The notes under the pieces: generated by a model
What the model was told of the DNA's origin: nothing
What the model saw: the letters and a program-made list of their open reading frames with translations, nothing else
Databases searched by the model: none
Shown: positions 1-14,100 of the stretch, one piece after another
Layout of the letters: every line of letters starts with the position of its first letter
How positions within the stretch are numbered: the stretch's first letter is position 1
Position numbers and translations under genes: made by a program
Assembly: GCF_002113885.1 (NCBI RefSeq)
Contig: NW_018408803.1
Span: forward strand, 133,912 to 197,911
Direction of reading: 5' to 3'
Source: Mizuhopecten yessoensis
Lineage: Eukaryota
DNA length: 64,000 nt

Positions 1-198
1 GAATTTTGGTATGCTTATCTTGTTTCCGGAAATGTCTTGTGATCGTGAGGGTAATTCTTTACTGATGGTCACATGATTGATTTACGCTTTATCGCACTGA
101 AAGAACACTTGTAATCGAGCGCTGTCAAGTGTGTCTACTTTATCAACAGTGATACACTTCTTTACATAACACTGACACGCTGATAAGGTACCGGAGAT

Positions 199-553
199 AT
201 GGGCACGGGTCAGTTTTCTTTACTTTCGTTTTGTCTCCAATGGCTGCTGCCAGTGTTTGTTTACGTACACAGCGTGGACGCATACATGCAATTTCAGCAC
301 CCAGACTTCGAGACAATGAATATTGGCGGGATTAAAGTCCCGCTATATTCAAGAGGTCACGAAAATGATATGATGACAAATATGAACTCTTACATGAAAC
401 AAGGAGGTTTGGCGGAAATGTTTCGACAGTATTCGGAACCATCAAATGCGGGTGATGCTTCAATATGCTTTCAGGGGATATCTGCCGAGTGTTGTAATGA
501 CACCCTCCAATTTCTTAGTGATCTGAGTCAAGGGCAGTTGTATGCTGAACAGA
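199..553 (+). CDS. NRF-6-like exon 1
   Basis: ATG at 199, hydrophobic leader, donor A|GTAAGT at 554 (phase 1). Confidence 0.85.
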
Positions 554-3500
554 GTAAGTACAAACTAGCACTTAAGTTAACATACAGGCCTAGCTGTATC
601 TGCATATAGTCAATGCCAAGGGTTCCGATCCAGTACGATCTACCTAGAGTAGGAAGACTGGATTGTAACCTTTGGCTAGCGAAGACGGGTAAATGGGTCT
701 ATTAGCCCGAGTTTACGCTGGCCCTGACATCAGACAGAGGCATTTTGACTGACAGATGTCAAAATGTCTAAGTCTGGTGTCAGGGCCAGTTGAAACTCAG
801 GCTATATGTCAATTTGTAGCATCAGATTTATGCACTCTGATACACTCCTTATCACGTTATTCCTCTTTGTTATGTTTGAATGTACCCCGTAGCTTTACAG
901 GGTTATTTTCATTTGCTATTATCTGATAACCCTCATTGAAGGATCTAGTAACTGTTGTGTGCAATTTACACCCAAAAAAAATCAATGTCAGGTTGTTCCT
1001 CATCATATTTGACCCGCTGGAAATTTAAATCATAATTATATTATTTTACTACACAAAGCCGAAGTACCAAAGTTACTGGGATAGAATGATTAGAAGCATA
1101 ATTTCTTTTCAGTGATTGACTCTGCTGGAAAGCTACCTAGTGGAGTGATGCAGGGCAAGCTGGCATGGATTGGTAGCTATGATGAATGTATCGATATCCT
1201 GTCGCCGGCTAACAATCGTACAGGACGACAGATTAGTGGAAAATACTGTATGGGTGCAACTGCAACAGGGGTATGATTGTAATTAAAATGTTCATTGTTT
1301 GTGTCAAAGTTGACTCACTATTGAAATAGGATAGAAATAATGCATGGCCAGACAGGGATACAAACCTGGGACCTTCCGAACTCTAGACAGATGCTCTAGC
1401 TACCAATTGAGCTACCTGGTTGTTGGTAACCAACCCAGTCTAGTTTCACAACACTTTATTTGGCAGTGGTTATTTCCCTTTTATTGATAAAATGTCCAAA
1501 AAGAAAGTCTGGGGAAGAGATGGTCAATTGGTTTAAAATCAAAATTGATTATTAGAGTGTTTATTCAGAAGTTAAGTAGAGCGATTATAATATTTTCAGT
1601 TTTACAAGACTGAATACCCCAATAAACTGAAAAAAATATTTTTACATCAATCGACAGAGCTGTTATACATAAGGTTCGTTTTTTTATAACGAATGTCTGA
1701 ATTACAACAAACTTTTGTCCAGTTTTGACTTTTATCTACATTAAGTACAATAAAAAACATAAAAATAAATTACTTTCAATGCAATCTTTATGTCATATAT
1801 ATGTATTTTGCACTTGACTTAAGTTATGAACTGATTATGGAATTTGTAATTGATAATTGGAATCGGAAAGGGCATACTGATCGATTTTCCATTAAAATCG
1901 ATAATATATCAATAGTTTCAGGTCGTTATTTTGTCCTCCAAGCAGATCTAAAGGCACAGATCATTTTTCTTCTGCATGTAACGTGATGGCAACATTTAGG
2001 AATCACTCCATTGTTAATAAAAATATTAAGAATTAAAGGTTGTAATAACAATAGCATTTTTTTTATTTCATGTATTTATCAGTAAGAATCTTAAAAGATT
2101 TTTTTTTATTTTTTTTACTTTTTAGGGCACTTGCTAGAATATTAGTACAGGTATCCATAGAAGATAGCAAAAATAGAAGTTTTTTTAAGGATTTGAAACT
2201 GTTTGAAGTCCATCTTTGTTTGAGTGTTTCAGATTCCAGGTCGACTCCTGATGAATGGTGTATGTGTGCCTCACTCTTGCACAGCCAAAGACCTCAACAT
2301 TTGGGTTTACGTTATCTATGGTAAGTTAAACCTCATGTGAACATTTTTAAAAATTAGTAATACAGTAGATTTTGCTAAATCTCACTTCTCATTTGTCAGG
2401 GGAAAACATGATATTAACCAGAGTATGACATAAAAAGAAAACATGTTTTTCTGAACATTTCAGATGTCAAAACCCGGAAGAAGCCATATTAAATGTCCAA
2501 GTGTACATGGATTATGACAAAGTTAGTTTGACCTGGCTAAAACGAGAGACTGTGAAGTATGGGACAAACCTAGGTCACTGTGACCTATATTTTCTGCATC
2601 ATTGACTTAGATTTTAGGTTAGATTTTGACTGAGCTAACATGATCATCAATTTTAAACACCACAAAATGATATCCCTATGGATTGTGGAATGTAACAAAT
2701 ATTTGGAAGACAGTTCAGTTTTAAAAATCATCCATGCATTCATCACATGATGACTAAAATCTGTAGCTTAAGTGATTTAGGAAAGTCAAAGTTCTTCTCT
2801 GTTATTCATACTGTAGAATCATTTATTTTCATCGGGTTAAAATTTCGTGTTTTCATACACTAGCCTGTTTCAAGGACATTATATTTTGCTGATTTCTGAT
2901 TTCCCCCATCTATATCATATACCAAATTTATGTTTTCGCAGGGATTTATTTTCATGGATTTTTGTTATCCACGAAATAAATGAAATTTAATGTCCCACGA
3001 AATATTTTGATTTTACAGTAGTTAGGAATTAACAGTAAGACATAAATTGTTACCGAGCTAACTTGAGTTAATCTCTACAAAATGTCACAAGGTGACATCG
3101 CAATCGATTATTAAAAAAATCATGCTTCATATTTACAGCTATTGCAAAGGAGCCTGTCCAGACCTATATGTCGTGTGAGGAACCAATGTTGCTTACTACA
3201 GGAGCCAAAGCTGCTTTGTATGTATAACATGTGACCAGTATCTCTGTATGATTACCAAACTTAAAGGGGCTATGGATAAACTTACTTTAAGGCACAGAAT
3301 TTAAAGTAAGGGAACGGAAACTTTGGGCACAGAATTAAAAGTACAGGAAAGGAAACTTAGGGCACATAATTAAAAGTACGGGAAAGGAAACTTAGGGCAC
3401 ATAATTAAAAGTACGGGAAAGGAAACTTAGGGCACANTCCAGACCTATATGTCGTGTGAGGAACCAATGTTGCTTACTACAGGAGCCAAAGCTGCTTTGT

Positions 3501-6500
3501 ATGTATAACATGTGACCAGTATCTCTGTATGATTACCAAACTTAAAGGGGCTATGGATAAACTTACTTTAAGGCACAGAATTTAAAGTAAGGGAACGGAA
3601 ACTTTGGGCACAGAATTAAAAGTACAGGAAAGGAAACTTAGGGCACATAATTAAAAGTAAGGGAAAGGAAACTTAGGGCACATAATTAAAAGTACGGGAA
3701 AGGAAACTTAGGGCACAGAATTAAAAGTACGGGAAAGGAAACTTAGGACTTTGAATTAAAAGTACGGGAAAGGAAACATAGGGCACAGAATTAAAAGTAC
3801 AGGGAAGGAAATTTAGGGCACAGAATTAAAAGTACGGAAAAGGAAACTTAGGGCACAGAATTAAAAGTACGGGAAAGGAAACTTAGGACACAGAATTAAA
3901 AGTACGAAAAAGGAAACTTAGGGCATAGAATTAAAAGTACGGGAACGGAAACTTAGGGCACAGAATTAAAAGTATGGGAAAGGAAACTTAGGGCACAAAA
4001 TTAAAAGTATGGGAAAGGAAGCTTAGGGAAAGAGAAACGAGGGAAAAAATAAGAGAGGAAATAGGAAAGAGAAAAGATTGCAATCACTGATCATGGGCAA
4101 ATTATTTTAGATAAAATTACTTTGAATTACAGAATATTGCAATGTTTTTGTTACCTTGATTTTTCCTTTATGAATTGGGAAAATACAGCATTATTTGTAC
4201 TGAAATTGAGAATATATTCCTCAGTTTTTGGTCATTTTGGGAAAATAAGGCACTTTTTAGCTAGGAGAAACAGCATGCATTTGCCTATTTGGGAGAAAAA
4301 ATAAACTAAGAAAAACTGTATTGATAATGTATAGATTCAGTTTATATTTCATTAAATATTCAAATTAAGGGTTTTGAAATAATGCAATGCATCATGAAAA
4401 AGTGTTTTACAAAATGAAAATGAATATGGCTGAATAAACTACCATATTTATCCTGTAAACAGCCCTGGAAGCCAAAACAAATCTCTGACTCCAAGTAGGA
4501 GGTGGGCTTACTATTACAATATGACAATAGGAGAGCGTGTTGTTGTTTCTACTGAAGTGCAGTAGGTATTGATTGCTTGTATTACTAGGCATTGTCTTAT
4601 TGCCAGGTAAATGTAAACTCTAGACTGATGCTCTACCAATTAAGCTACCTGGTTGATGGTGATTGACCCGTCCAGTTCCACTACATTCCTCCCTCCTTTA
4701 ACAAAGTCTTCGACCCTGAAGACTCACAAGACCCTATACCAACCCCGTGGGTATTTTTATTTGGCAATGTAACAGGAAAGGAAAAATGCACTGCTAAACT
4801 GGGGTTTGAACCCAAGACCCTCCAAAATCTAGATGGTAGCTACTAACTGAGTAGCCTGGTCGCCAGTGAATGACCCAGTCCAGTTCTGCTACAGTTGGTT
4901 GTGAATTAAGCACTCAAGACTGAACTTGATGTGCAGATCATTTGAGAAACAGCAATGTTAAAGAAAATCTCAAGCAAAGCCAAAATGTTGTATCTTGAAG
5001 TAGCACTATGGTGTGTAGTGCTCAAATGGAAAAATTCATTTCAGTCAAATTATATGATCAATTAAAGGCAAGAGAATAGAAAAACAAATTTTGTTGAACA
5101 AAAATTAATGAAAAATTAGACATCAGCTGTTGCTAAAATTAATATTTTTATTTATAGGGCTGTTTGTGGTATAATCGCTTTCTTGGTTGCCATGGGAACC
5201 TTGGTTGACCTTGTGATGACCTACGCTGAGAAAAGGAAAAAATCAGAGATCTTTGATTTTAGTGGCAATGACAACTTAAATGAGAATAGTGAAGCAAACG
5301 AAAGAACAGGTTTACTCTCTCACCCAGCATCACACCAGAGGCAGGTCCAAGACCAACTACTGGACCCACCCCAACCCAGTAGGCAAAGAGGTAAAGGGAG
5401 GTTACTCTCACATAATGTCAGCCTTTCTTACCTCATGTACCCCTGAAAACACATTTGAATTCTTCCAATTCAAAGTTTGGAATAGTCCATTATGAAATTT
5501 AGGGGTGAATGAGCTAAAATAAGTACAGTAACACATCCAAAATGTCCTCACATCAGTGCCAAACGCTGTAGCTATGAATTAGAAACTTTTTTATAGACAT
5601 TTTGTAAAGCTTTGATTGATTGTTTCTGAACAGAAAATCACAAGTTGCAGAACATTTATGAGGAAATAATTATGATGAAATGACAAAATGAATCAAAAGC
5701 AGAGTGAAAATGCAAGAGATCCAGTCTAGAATTCAAACCACGAACCCCAGCTATAATGCAGTTGCTATGACCAATTAGTGAGCTATCTGAATAGCGACAG
5801 TTCCCTGACCCTTCCCACTAAACTTTTATCCAAAATGATATTAGAGAATGTTACTGTATGTTTTAAAAACCTTCAGTGGAATTCTTATGTGATTTACCTT
5901 CATTAGGACTCCTGGATACTTATATCTGAAAAATATCAAAATTCTGTTAACATTTCAATGACACACCCATATTTCTGAATGAATTATTGTGACTGTAAGT
6001 TTTCTTGATCATCTGAAATTTTTGCAAAATTTATAGAACTGTAAGAATTTACTCAGGATTGGGTGGTCACTTCATGATCACCTAAAAAAGATTAACAATT
6101 CCGAAATACCAAGATCTTCATCTACTTTTCACAGATACATAATGTACAAAGCCATTCTCCACATCAGATTCTGCTGAAATCTTTTTTAGTAAAAAAATAA
6201 AAGGAATAAAACCAATAAAACATGAGACTGACAACTGATCTGCAAAGATAAGCCATATTTCATCATTCCGCGACATTTGTTGATTTGGACCATTTTACCA
6301 GAAAACTGGAGTAATGATTAAGAAAGTTTCACATTTTTTCACATTCTAATCGCTTTTCGTCCGTCGTCGTCCGTCGTGCGTCGTGCGTAAACTTTTACAT
6401 TTTCAACTTCTTCTCAAGAACCAGTGGATGGATTTTTTTCAAACTTGGTCAGAATCATCCTTGGTAGATGAGGCTTCAAAATTGTAAAATTGGGATTCCT

Positions 6501-8115
6501 ACCCCAACCCCTGGGGCCAGGGCAGGGCCCCAAAGTGAAAATTAACCTATATTTCAAAAATCTTCTTCTTCAGACTCAGAGGTACTACACTCTTTTTCTC
6601 TGCGTGGAAAGAAAGATCATCAGGGGCTTTACTTAAATTGTAAATTTCAGGACCCCCGAGCTATCCGTTCTCCCTTGGGGAGGGGGTAAAGTTTACTATA
6701 GTTTATATAGGGAAATAACACTTTTGGGTATATTTTGACAACTTTCTGTAGGAAATTATTTTTACTTGGTGAGAATTATCCTTGGAGGAAGATGGTTTCA
6801 AATTGTAAAATTGAGATTCCTACCCCAACCCCTGGGGCCAGGGCGGGGCCCGAAAGGGAAATCTAACCAATATTTCAAAAATTTTCTTCTACAGACTCAG
6901 AGGTACTACAGTGATTTTCTCTACGTGGAAAGAAAGATCATCAGGGGCTTTACTTAAATTGTAAATTTCAGGACCCCCGAGCTATCCGTTCTCCCTTGGG
7001 GAGGGGGTAAAGTTTACTATAGTTTATTTAGGGAAATAACACTTTTGGGTATATTTTGACAACTTTTTGTAGGAAATTATTTTTACTTGGTGAGAATTAT
7101 CCTTGGAGGGAGATGGTTTCAAATTGTAAAATTGAAATTCCTACCCCAACCCTAGGGGCCAGGGCGGGGCCCCAAATGGAAAATTAACCAATATTTCCAA
7201 ATTTTTCACTTCCAGACTCAGAGGTACTACATTCATTTTCTCTGCATGGAAAGAAAATCATCAGGGGCTTTATTTAAATTGTAAATTTCAGGACCCCGAG
7301 CTATCCGTTCTCCCTTAGGGAGGGGGTAAAGTTTAATATAGTTTATATAGGGAAATAACACTTTTCGGTATATATTTTATCCATTTTCAGCAGAAAATTA
7401 CTCAAACTTAGTCAGAATCATCTTGGGTGAATGAGAGTATTACTTTGTAAAATTGGGATTCCTGCCCCATCCCCAGGGGCTAGGGCGGGGCCCCAAAGGG
7501 AACATTTACCAATATTTTCAAATTCTTATCCATTGATGACATGACAAGTATTGTATTTCACTTAGTTTACATGCTGATTTCCACATCACATCTAAACAAT
7601 AAAATAAAGCTACCAGTACCTATGATATAACTCAGGTGACCGCTTATAAGGCCCTTGGGCATCTTGTTCTTCTTCTACATACATTTTTGGAATGATAGAT
7701 TCTATTTCTCTGACTACACACTAGAGTGATAGATTCTATTTCTCTGCCAACATGACACATTTCTGTTAACATGCAATGCTGCAATCATATTATATAGTGA
7801 AAACTGCAAACTCTACCTTTTGCAAACAAAATGAATCTTCAAATTTCAAGTTAGTATTCATGAACCAAAAGTTACACCAAGACAGATACAGCAGAATTGA
7901 TCTATATAAGCATATATTTTTTTATTTAATTTTTTAATTTTTCAATAATTTCAGAACATGTACATTATACAGAACATCACATCAACACACATCCACACAT
8001 TCACACATATCGACTATTGAAATTATCCTCATCCTCGCCATCATCCTCATCCTCGCCATCATCCTCATCCTCATCCTCATCCTCATCATCATCTGATTTT
8101 ATACAATCACTAATG

Positions 8116-8185
<70 letters not shown>

Positions 8186-11100
8186 AAAGTACATTAAAAA
8201 ACACCAATCTGACTTACACTGTACATGTATACCTGCACCAGCAGTGATTGCTACTTATTCTAATTGCAGAAGACAATGTATAACATAAAACAAAAGAGTG
8301 GTTAATATAGGTGATAAACCAAAGATCATTGATTCTTTATTTAGTGAGAAAGGAATAGTAAGAGCACTTAAAAGTCTTTCAAAATTGCTCAGAAATTTTT
8401 GTACTTCCCTGCATTCCCATAAAACATGGGTAATTGTCTCCCTTTCTATGATACAAAAAACACTTTGTGGGTTATTTACAAGTCCAATTTTGTATAATTA
8501 AGAATTGGTTGTTAAAAAATAATGATTAATTCTAAATCGCAACCATTGCAAGTTTGTATTTTCTGTTACCCTGAAAGGAATAGCATATATTTTCCCCCAA
8601 GTTTCCTGATTATAGATGAATCTAGTCCCCCATTTTGTTTGAGCAGTTATATTAATGCATTATTTCTGATAAGTATATTATATGTAAGCATAATGATTGT
8701 AGTAAGTAGATCTTTTTTTCCATTTAAACATCTTTCCATAATGTTCTGTAGCAACTAGTAAGAGATTAATTTCAAACCTTACATGATAATTACCTTGGAA
8801 GCCATATTTCTCGGTGATCGACTGATTCAATGTCTTAGATTCTCTTATAATGCAGATTTTATTAAAAAAATGTCTACTTTTGAATGTGTTGCACAGGCTA
8901 AAAATCATTGTTTTTTCTCTGTGACACAGTAAAGATTTGTCAGGTGATGGTATCCTTCTCCATACTGACCAACACGAGAAAACTGCTGACCACGTCCACC
9001 GCCACCGGCCATCTGACCTCTCTCAACGGTATGCGTGTGCTGAGTATGTGGTGGATTATCCTCGGACATACCTACCTCTTTGCCAGTTTATCAATGACTG
9101 CCGGTAAGCAAATAGCTTTAATTTGTGAATTAAATCTACCTGTACAGGTAAGAGTCTATAGTTGTCTAGTGAAACTACATCTTTACCTGTACAGGTAGGA
9201 GTGTAGTTGTCTAGTGAAACTGCATCTTTACCTGTACAAGTAGGAGTATAGTTGTCTAGTGAAACTGCATCTTTTACCATCTGATGCAGTGTTTATATGC
9301 TCTCTGTCGATAGGCGGAATTTCTCGGGTCGAGTGACATAAATGTACAGGTAAGAGTCTATAGTTGTCTAGTGAAACTACATCTTTTCCTGTACAGGTAG
9401 GAGTCTAGTTGGCTAGTGAAACTACATCTTTACCTGTACAGGTAGGCGTCTAGTTGTCTAGTGAAACTACATCTTTACCTGTACATGTAGGGGTCTAGTT
9501 GTCTAGTGAAACTGCATCTTTAACTGTACAGGTAGGAGTCTAGTTGTCTAGTGAAACTACATCTTTTCCTGTACAGGTAGGAGTCTAGTTGGCTAGTGAA
9601 ACTACATCTTTACCTGTACAGGTAGGCGTCTAGTTGTCTAGTGAAACTACATCTTTACCTGTCCAGGTAGGCGTCTAGTTGTCTAGTGAAACTACATCTT
9701 TACCTGTCCAGGTAGGCGTCTAGTTGTCTAGTGAAACTACATCTTTACCTGTCCAGGTAGGCGTCTAGTTGTCTAGTGAAACTACATCTTTACCTGTACA
9801 GGGAGGGGTCTAGTTGTCTAGTGAAACTACATCTTTACCTGTCCAGGTAGGCGTCTAGTTGTCTAGTGAAACTACATCTTTACCTGTACATGTAGGGGTC
9901 TAGTTGTCTAGTGAAACTGCATCTTTAACTGTACAGGTAGGAGTCTAGTTGTCTAGTGAAACTTCATCTTTACCTGTACAGGTAGGGGTCTATGTGTCTA
10001 GTGAAACTGCATCTTTACCTGTACAGGTAGGTGTCTAGTTGTCTAGTGAAACTGCATCTTTACCTGTACAGGTAGGGGTCTAGTTGTCTAGTGAAACTCC
10101 ATCTTTACCTGTACAGGTAGGGGTCTAGTTGTCTAGTGAAACTGCAGCTTTACCTGTACAGGTAGGAGTCTAGTTGTCTATAGTGAAACTGCATCTTTAC
10201 CTGTACAGGTAGGTGTCTAGTTGTCTAGTGAAACTGCATCTTTACCTGTACAAGTAGGAGTCTAGTTGTCTAGTGAAACTGCATCTTTTACCATCTGATG
10301 CAGTGTTTATATGCTCTCTGTCGATAGGCGGAATTTCTCGGGTCGAGTGACATAAATGTACAGGTAAGAGTCTATAGTTGTCTAGTGAAACTACATCTTT
10401 TCCTGTACAGGTAGGAGTCTAGTTGGCTAGTGAAACTACATCTTTACCTGTACAGGTAGGGGTCTAGTTGTCTAGTGAACCTACATCTTTACCTGTACAG
10501 GTAGGGGTCTAGTTGTCTAGTGAACCTACATCTTTACCTGTACAGGTAGGGGCCTAGTTGTCTAGTGAAACTGCAGCTTTACCTGTACAGGTAGGAGTCT
10601 AGTTGTCTAGTGAAACTGCATCTTTACCTGTACAAGTAGGAGTCTAGTTGTCTAGTGAAACTGCATCTTTTACCATCTGATGCAGTGTTTATATGCTCTC
10701 TGTCGATAGGCGGAATTTCTCGGGTCGAGTGACATAAAAAATATACAATTTTGTCACACTTGTACAATATCTACAAGTAAAAAATACAAATCAAATCGCT
10801 CACTCAGTCATAGGCAGACAAAGGGACCAGTCGGTCTTGAATTGTTGCGACACGTTTAATATGGACATTGTTTGTGTAGAAAGTAAAACTTTGATATTAC
10901 ACTTTTTACTATTTTCATAATTGTATAAGATTTATTCAAAGGCAAAATGGCATAAAAATTATATGTTGCAGTTCATTTTACAGAGTTATAATTGTTTAAT
11001 ATTCAGAATTTTTGAAAATAGAAAAAAAACACAAAAAAACACACAAAAAAACCCAGAAAAACTGCTGGAGTCATGATTTTTAGATATAGAGACTACAGTC

Positions 11101-14100
11101 TACCAATGCGGTCACCAGGAATTATATATAAATACACAGCATCAAATGAGTTTCTGATTTATGGGCCACAAAGCCAACAAAGAATTATAGACAGGGGAAG
11201 TTACTCGAAGCCAGAAAAAAATCTTTTTGGTTGTTTTATCTTCTACAGCGCGCTGAAGGGAGAATATTCAAAGTATAAAAGTCTCTTCAGTGGAATATAT
11301 TTGACATGGATTCCTATACATTGTGATATACATAGTTGTGGAATAGTGGTTTTAAAACTTTAAAAAAGGTCTAGATCAAGGTTTCTGCTTCTAAAAATAC
11401 TTATTAGGGTGTGTGTGTGTGTGTGTGTGTGGGGGGGGNGGCCCTTGTGACCTGAAAACATTCTAGTTTAAAAAAAACAATTAACAAGGGAAGAAAACAT
11501 GAAAGTACTAGGATCCAACTTATAATTAGGACCAATCTTCTGCCAATCCTATAATTTGTTAACGTCTTGATCAAAGAAGTAGAAATATTTGCAGCATCAA
11601 AAAGACAGATTAACACCTAGACAAGGGAAGTAACTCTAGGCCAAAAAACTACTGTTCCATTGTTTCATCTTCTAAATAGAAGACAGAATACTCCAAATAA
11701 AACAGCTCTGAAGTGGTACTCCACAATTATAACTGGTGAAATGATACCCTTTGTATCTTTGTATTATAAAATATGTTTAAACTATAGATACCCTTTGTAG
11801 TGTATGCAATGCATGAGATTGATCATCCTTAATAACTTTGAGCGAGAGGCGTGTATCAATCCTGTACTTTGGATTGCGAGACATGTACAGTTGGTGAATA
11901 AAATGAATGGCAACCTTCAATGATGTCTGCTGTATTATTAGGTTAAATCTTGTTCTGTAGCTAGCCCGACAGGTGTGAAACCCTTAGCTTCAGAAAACTG
12001 TTCTGTAGCTAGCCTGACAGGCGTGAAACCCTTAGCTTCAGAAAACTGTTCTGTAGCTAGCCCAACAGGCGTGAAACCCCTTTCTTCAGAAAACTGTTCT
12101 ACAGCCTGAGGGGTGCTACATCATTTAATAACAGACAACTTTGATGTAGCTCAGTGTTTTTCATCTTAAAATAGAAGTTTTGTCATTCATCAACAATATT
12201 TGTATTTGTTCCAGATAATGTTGTAGAAGCAGGAAAGTATATACAGCGGTTCAGCTTCCAGGCGATCCTCAATGGAACGGTATCCGTGGATACCTTCTTC
12301 TTTATGAGGTAAATACAAACAAGGTTTGGTACTCGGGGGAGGGGCCGTGGTGGCCAAGTGGTTAAGGAGTCTGACATTCTGCTACCTCTAGCCCTCCACC
12401 ACTGGGTCGCGGGTTCGAGACCTTAAGCGGAGCAGTCGCCAGGTACTGGCCGTAGGTTGGTGGTTTTTCTTGGGGAACCCCGGCTTTCCTCCACCACCAA
12501 CACCTGGCACGTATTTAAAGGACCATAGTACAAATAGGATGTAACAAACAAACTAAACCAAAAGTACTCAGGACTGTCACAATACGTATTGAGAGAGGCC
12601 CTAGTAAGTATTAAGAACTTGTGCCCAATCAGCATGGTATTTCAATGAGACAACACTATAAAGTGGGCATCAGATCCGCGCTATCAAAAGGAGGCAAGTT
12701 CACCAACATACCCTGTCTCCTGCACACATACGCACATGTACACATACACAACACACATGGAGGCACTTAAATGACCTTGGCTGTTAATAGGACGTTACAC
12801 AATGTAAAACCTTTGACTCTTTAACCCTTTCACCACTGTAGACCACAATGGACTCATCCCCATCCGTACATGGTAGAGTCTACCTAAGTGACATAGGGAT
12901 GAAAGGGTTAACGTCATCAAAACATGTTTGAATGTGAATGGACTTATCTCAGAAATTTAATCCAGAAATAATTATGTGTTTTCAAGGTATGTGGTGGGGT
13001 TGGGGGCTTTTTTATCCTAACATCCCAGGCCTACAACCATATTTCATTGGAGCCTGTACTTTAAAAAATATTTTAGACCCAACCACCAATATCATCTGTA
13101 AGTGACTCCCTGGCTTGTTAATTAATAGCATTCCTGTATATTTTCTCAGCCTTAAGTTCAAAATAATTAATTGTTAGTATTGATAGCCATGTTGTTGGTT
13201 ATGTCTTCCTGGTTGAATATTTACCGTTTCTTACTAAGTATTTCTCTGTAGCTCTTTCTGTAGAGCTTAGGACTAGTAAACCACTGAGGTTCCAGGTTTG
13301 AATCCCAGCGGAGGCTTTAACTCATTCACCCCTGAGGACTCGTTTGAACTCATCCGATTCAAAGGTTGGAATAGCCCATTATGAAATTTCAGGGGTGAAT
13401 CGGGGTTGATAAAATAATTACCCCTGTTACATTCCTGTATTTGTTCTTGTTACAGTGGCCTGCTGGTGACCTACTTGTTTTTGAAGAACAGACGTGAAAA
13501 CGCTGGCTGCTTTAACTGGGTGTTGTTCTACTTCCATCGATTCTGGCGGTAGGAACTATGGAGCAATATTGATGCTAAAGTTGAACATGACAGATATAGA
13601 GTTTTGGATTTTTTTAAAATTTTGGTTGATTTCTTTCATGTAGCATGGTTTGGAAAAGGGCTATAAAGTTTGATACTTGTTATAAACGATGCGTGCACCT
13701 TTTAACTCTTTCAGTGCTTTTTTTTAAAAAAAATCTTCAGGTTGGTGAGTATGGATTAGGAAAAGTTTCTTGTTACACAACCAATAAATGTTTCTATGTG
13801 ACATTTCGATGACTAGTACGGTATGTACTCTGTCACCTTCATCAGACGAATGACCAGTGAAGCATATGTACACAACTGTGTAAAATGTGTACAAGTTGTC
13901 CACAAATCAATGTTGATTCGGCTACGCTGTAAGCGTATGTACAATAGTTGTTATATATGTACCCAAATGACTCGATTCAGCTACTCTTTGTTCAATACTT
14001 GGTCATAGATGTGCGGGAGTCTATGAGCCCCCTCATGTCGATTTAGAACTGTGATTGTTTTTCTTTTTATCTGTTGAATCACATGAAAGTACTTAAACAC

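Noticed and set aside
3438-3717. Apparent tandem duplication of NRF-6 exon 4
   Set aside because: It is an almost exact copy of 3157..3436 starting right after a single N and it lacks the splice acceptor. Most likely an overlap artefact at a contig join.
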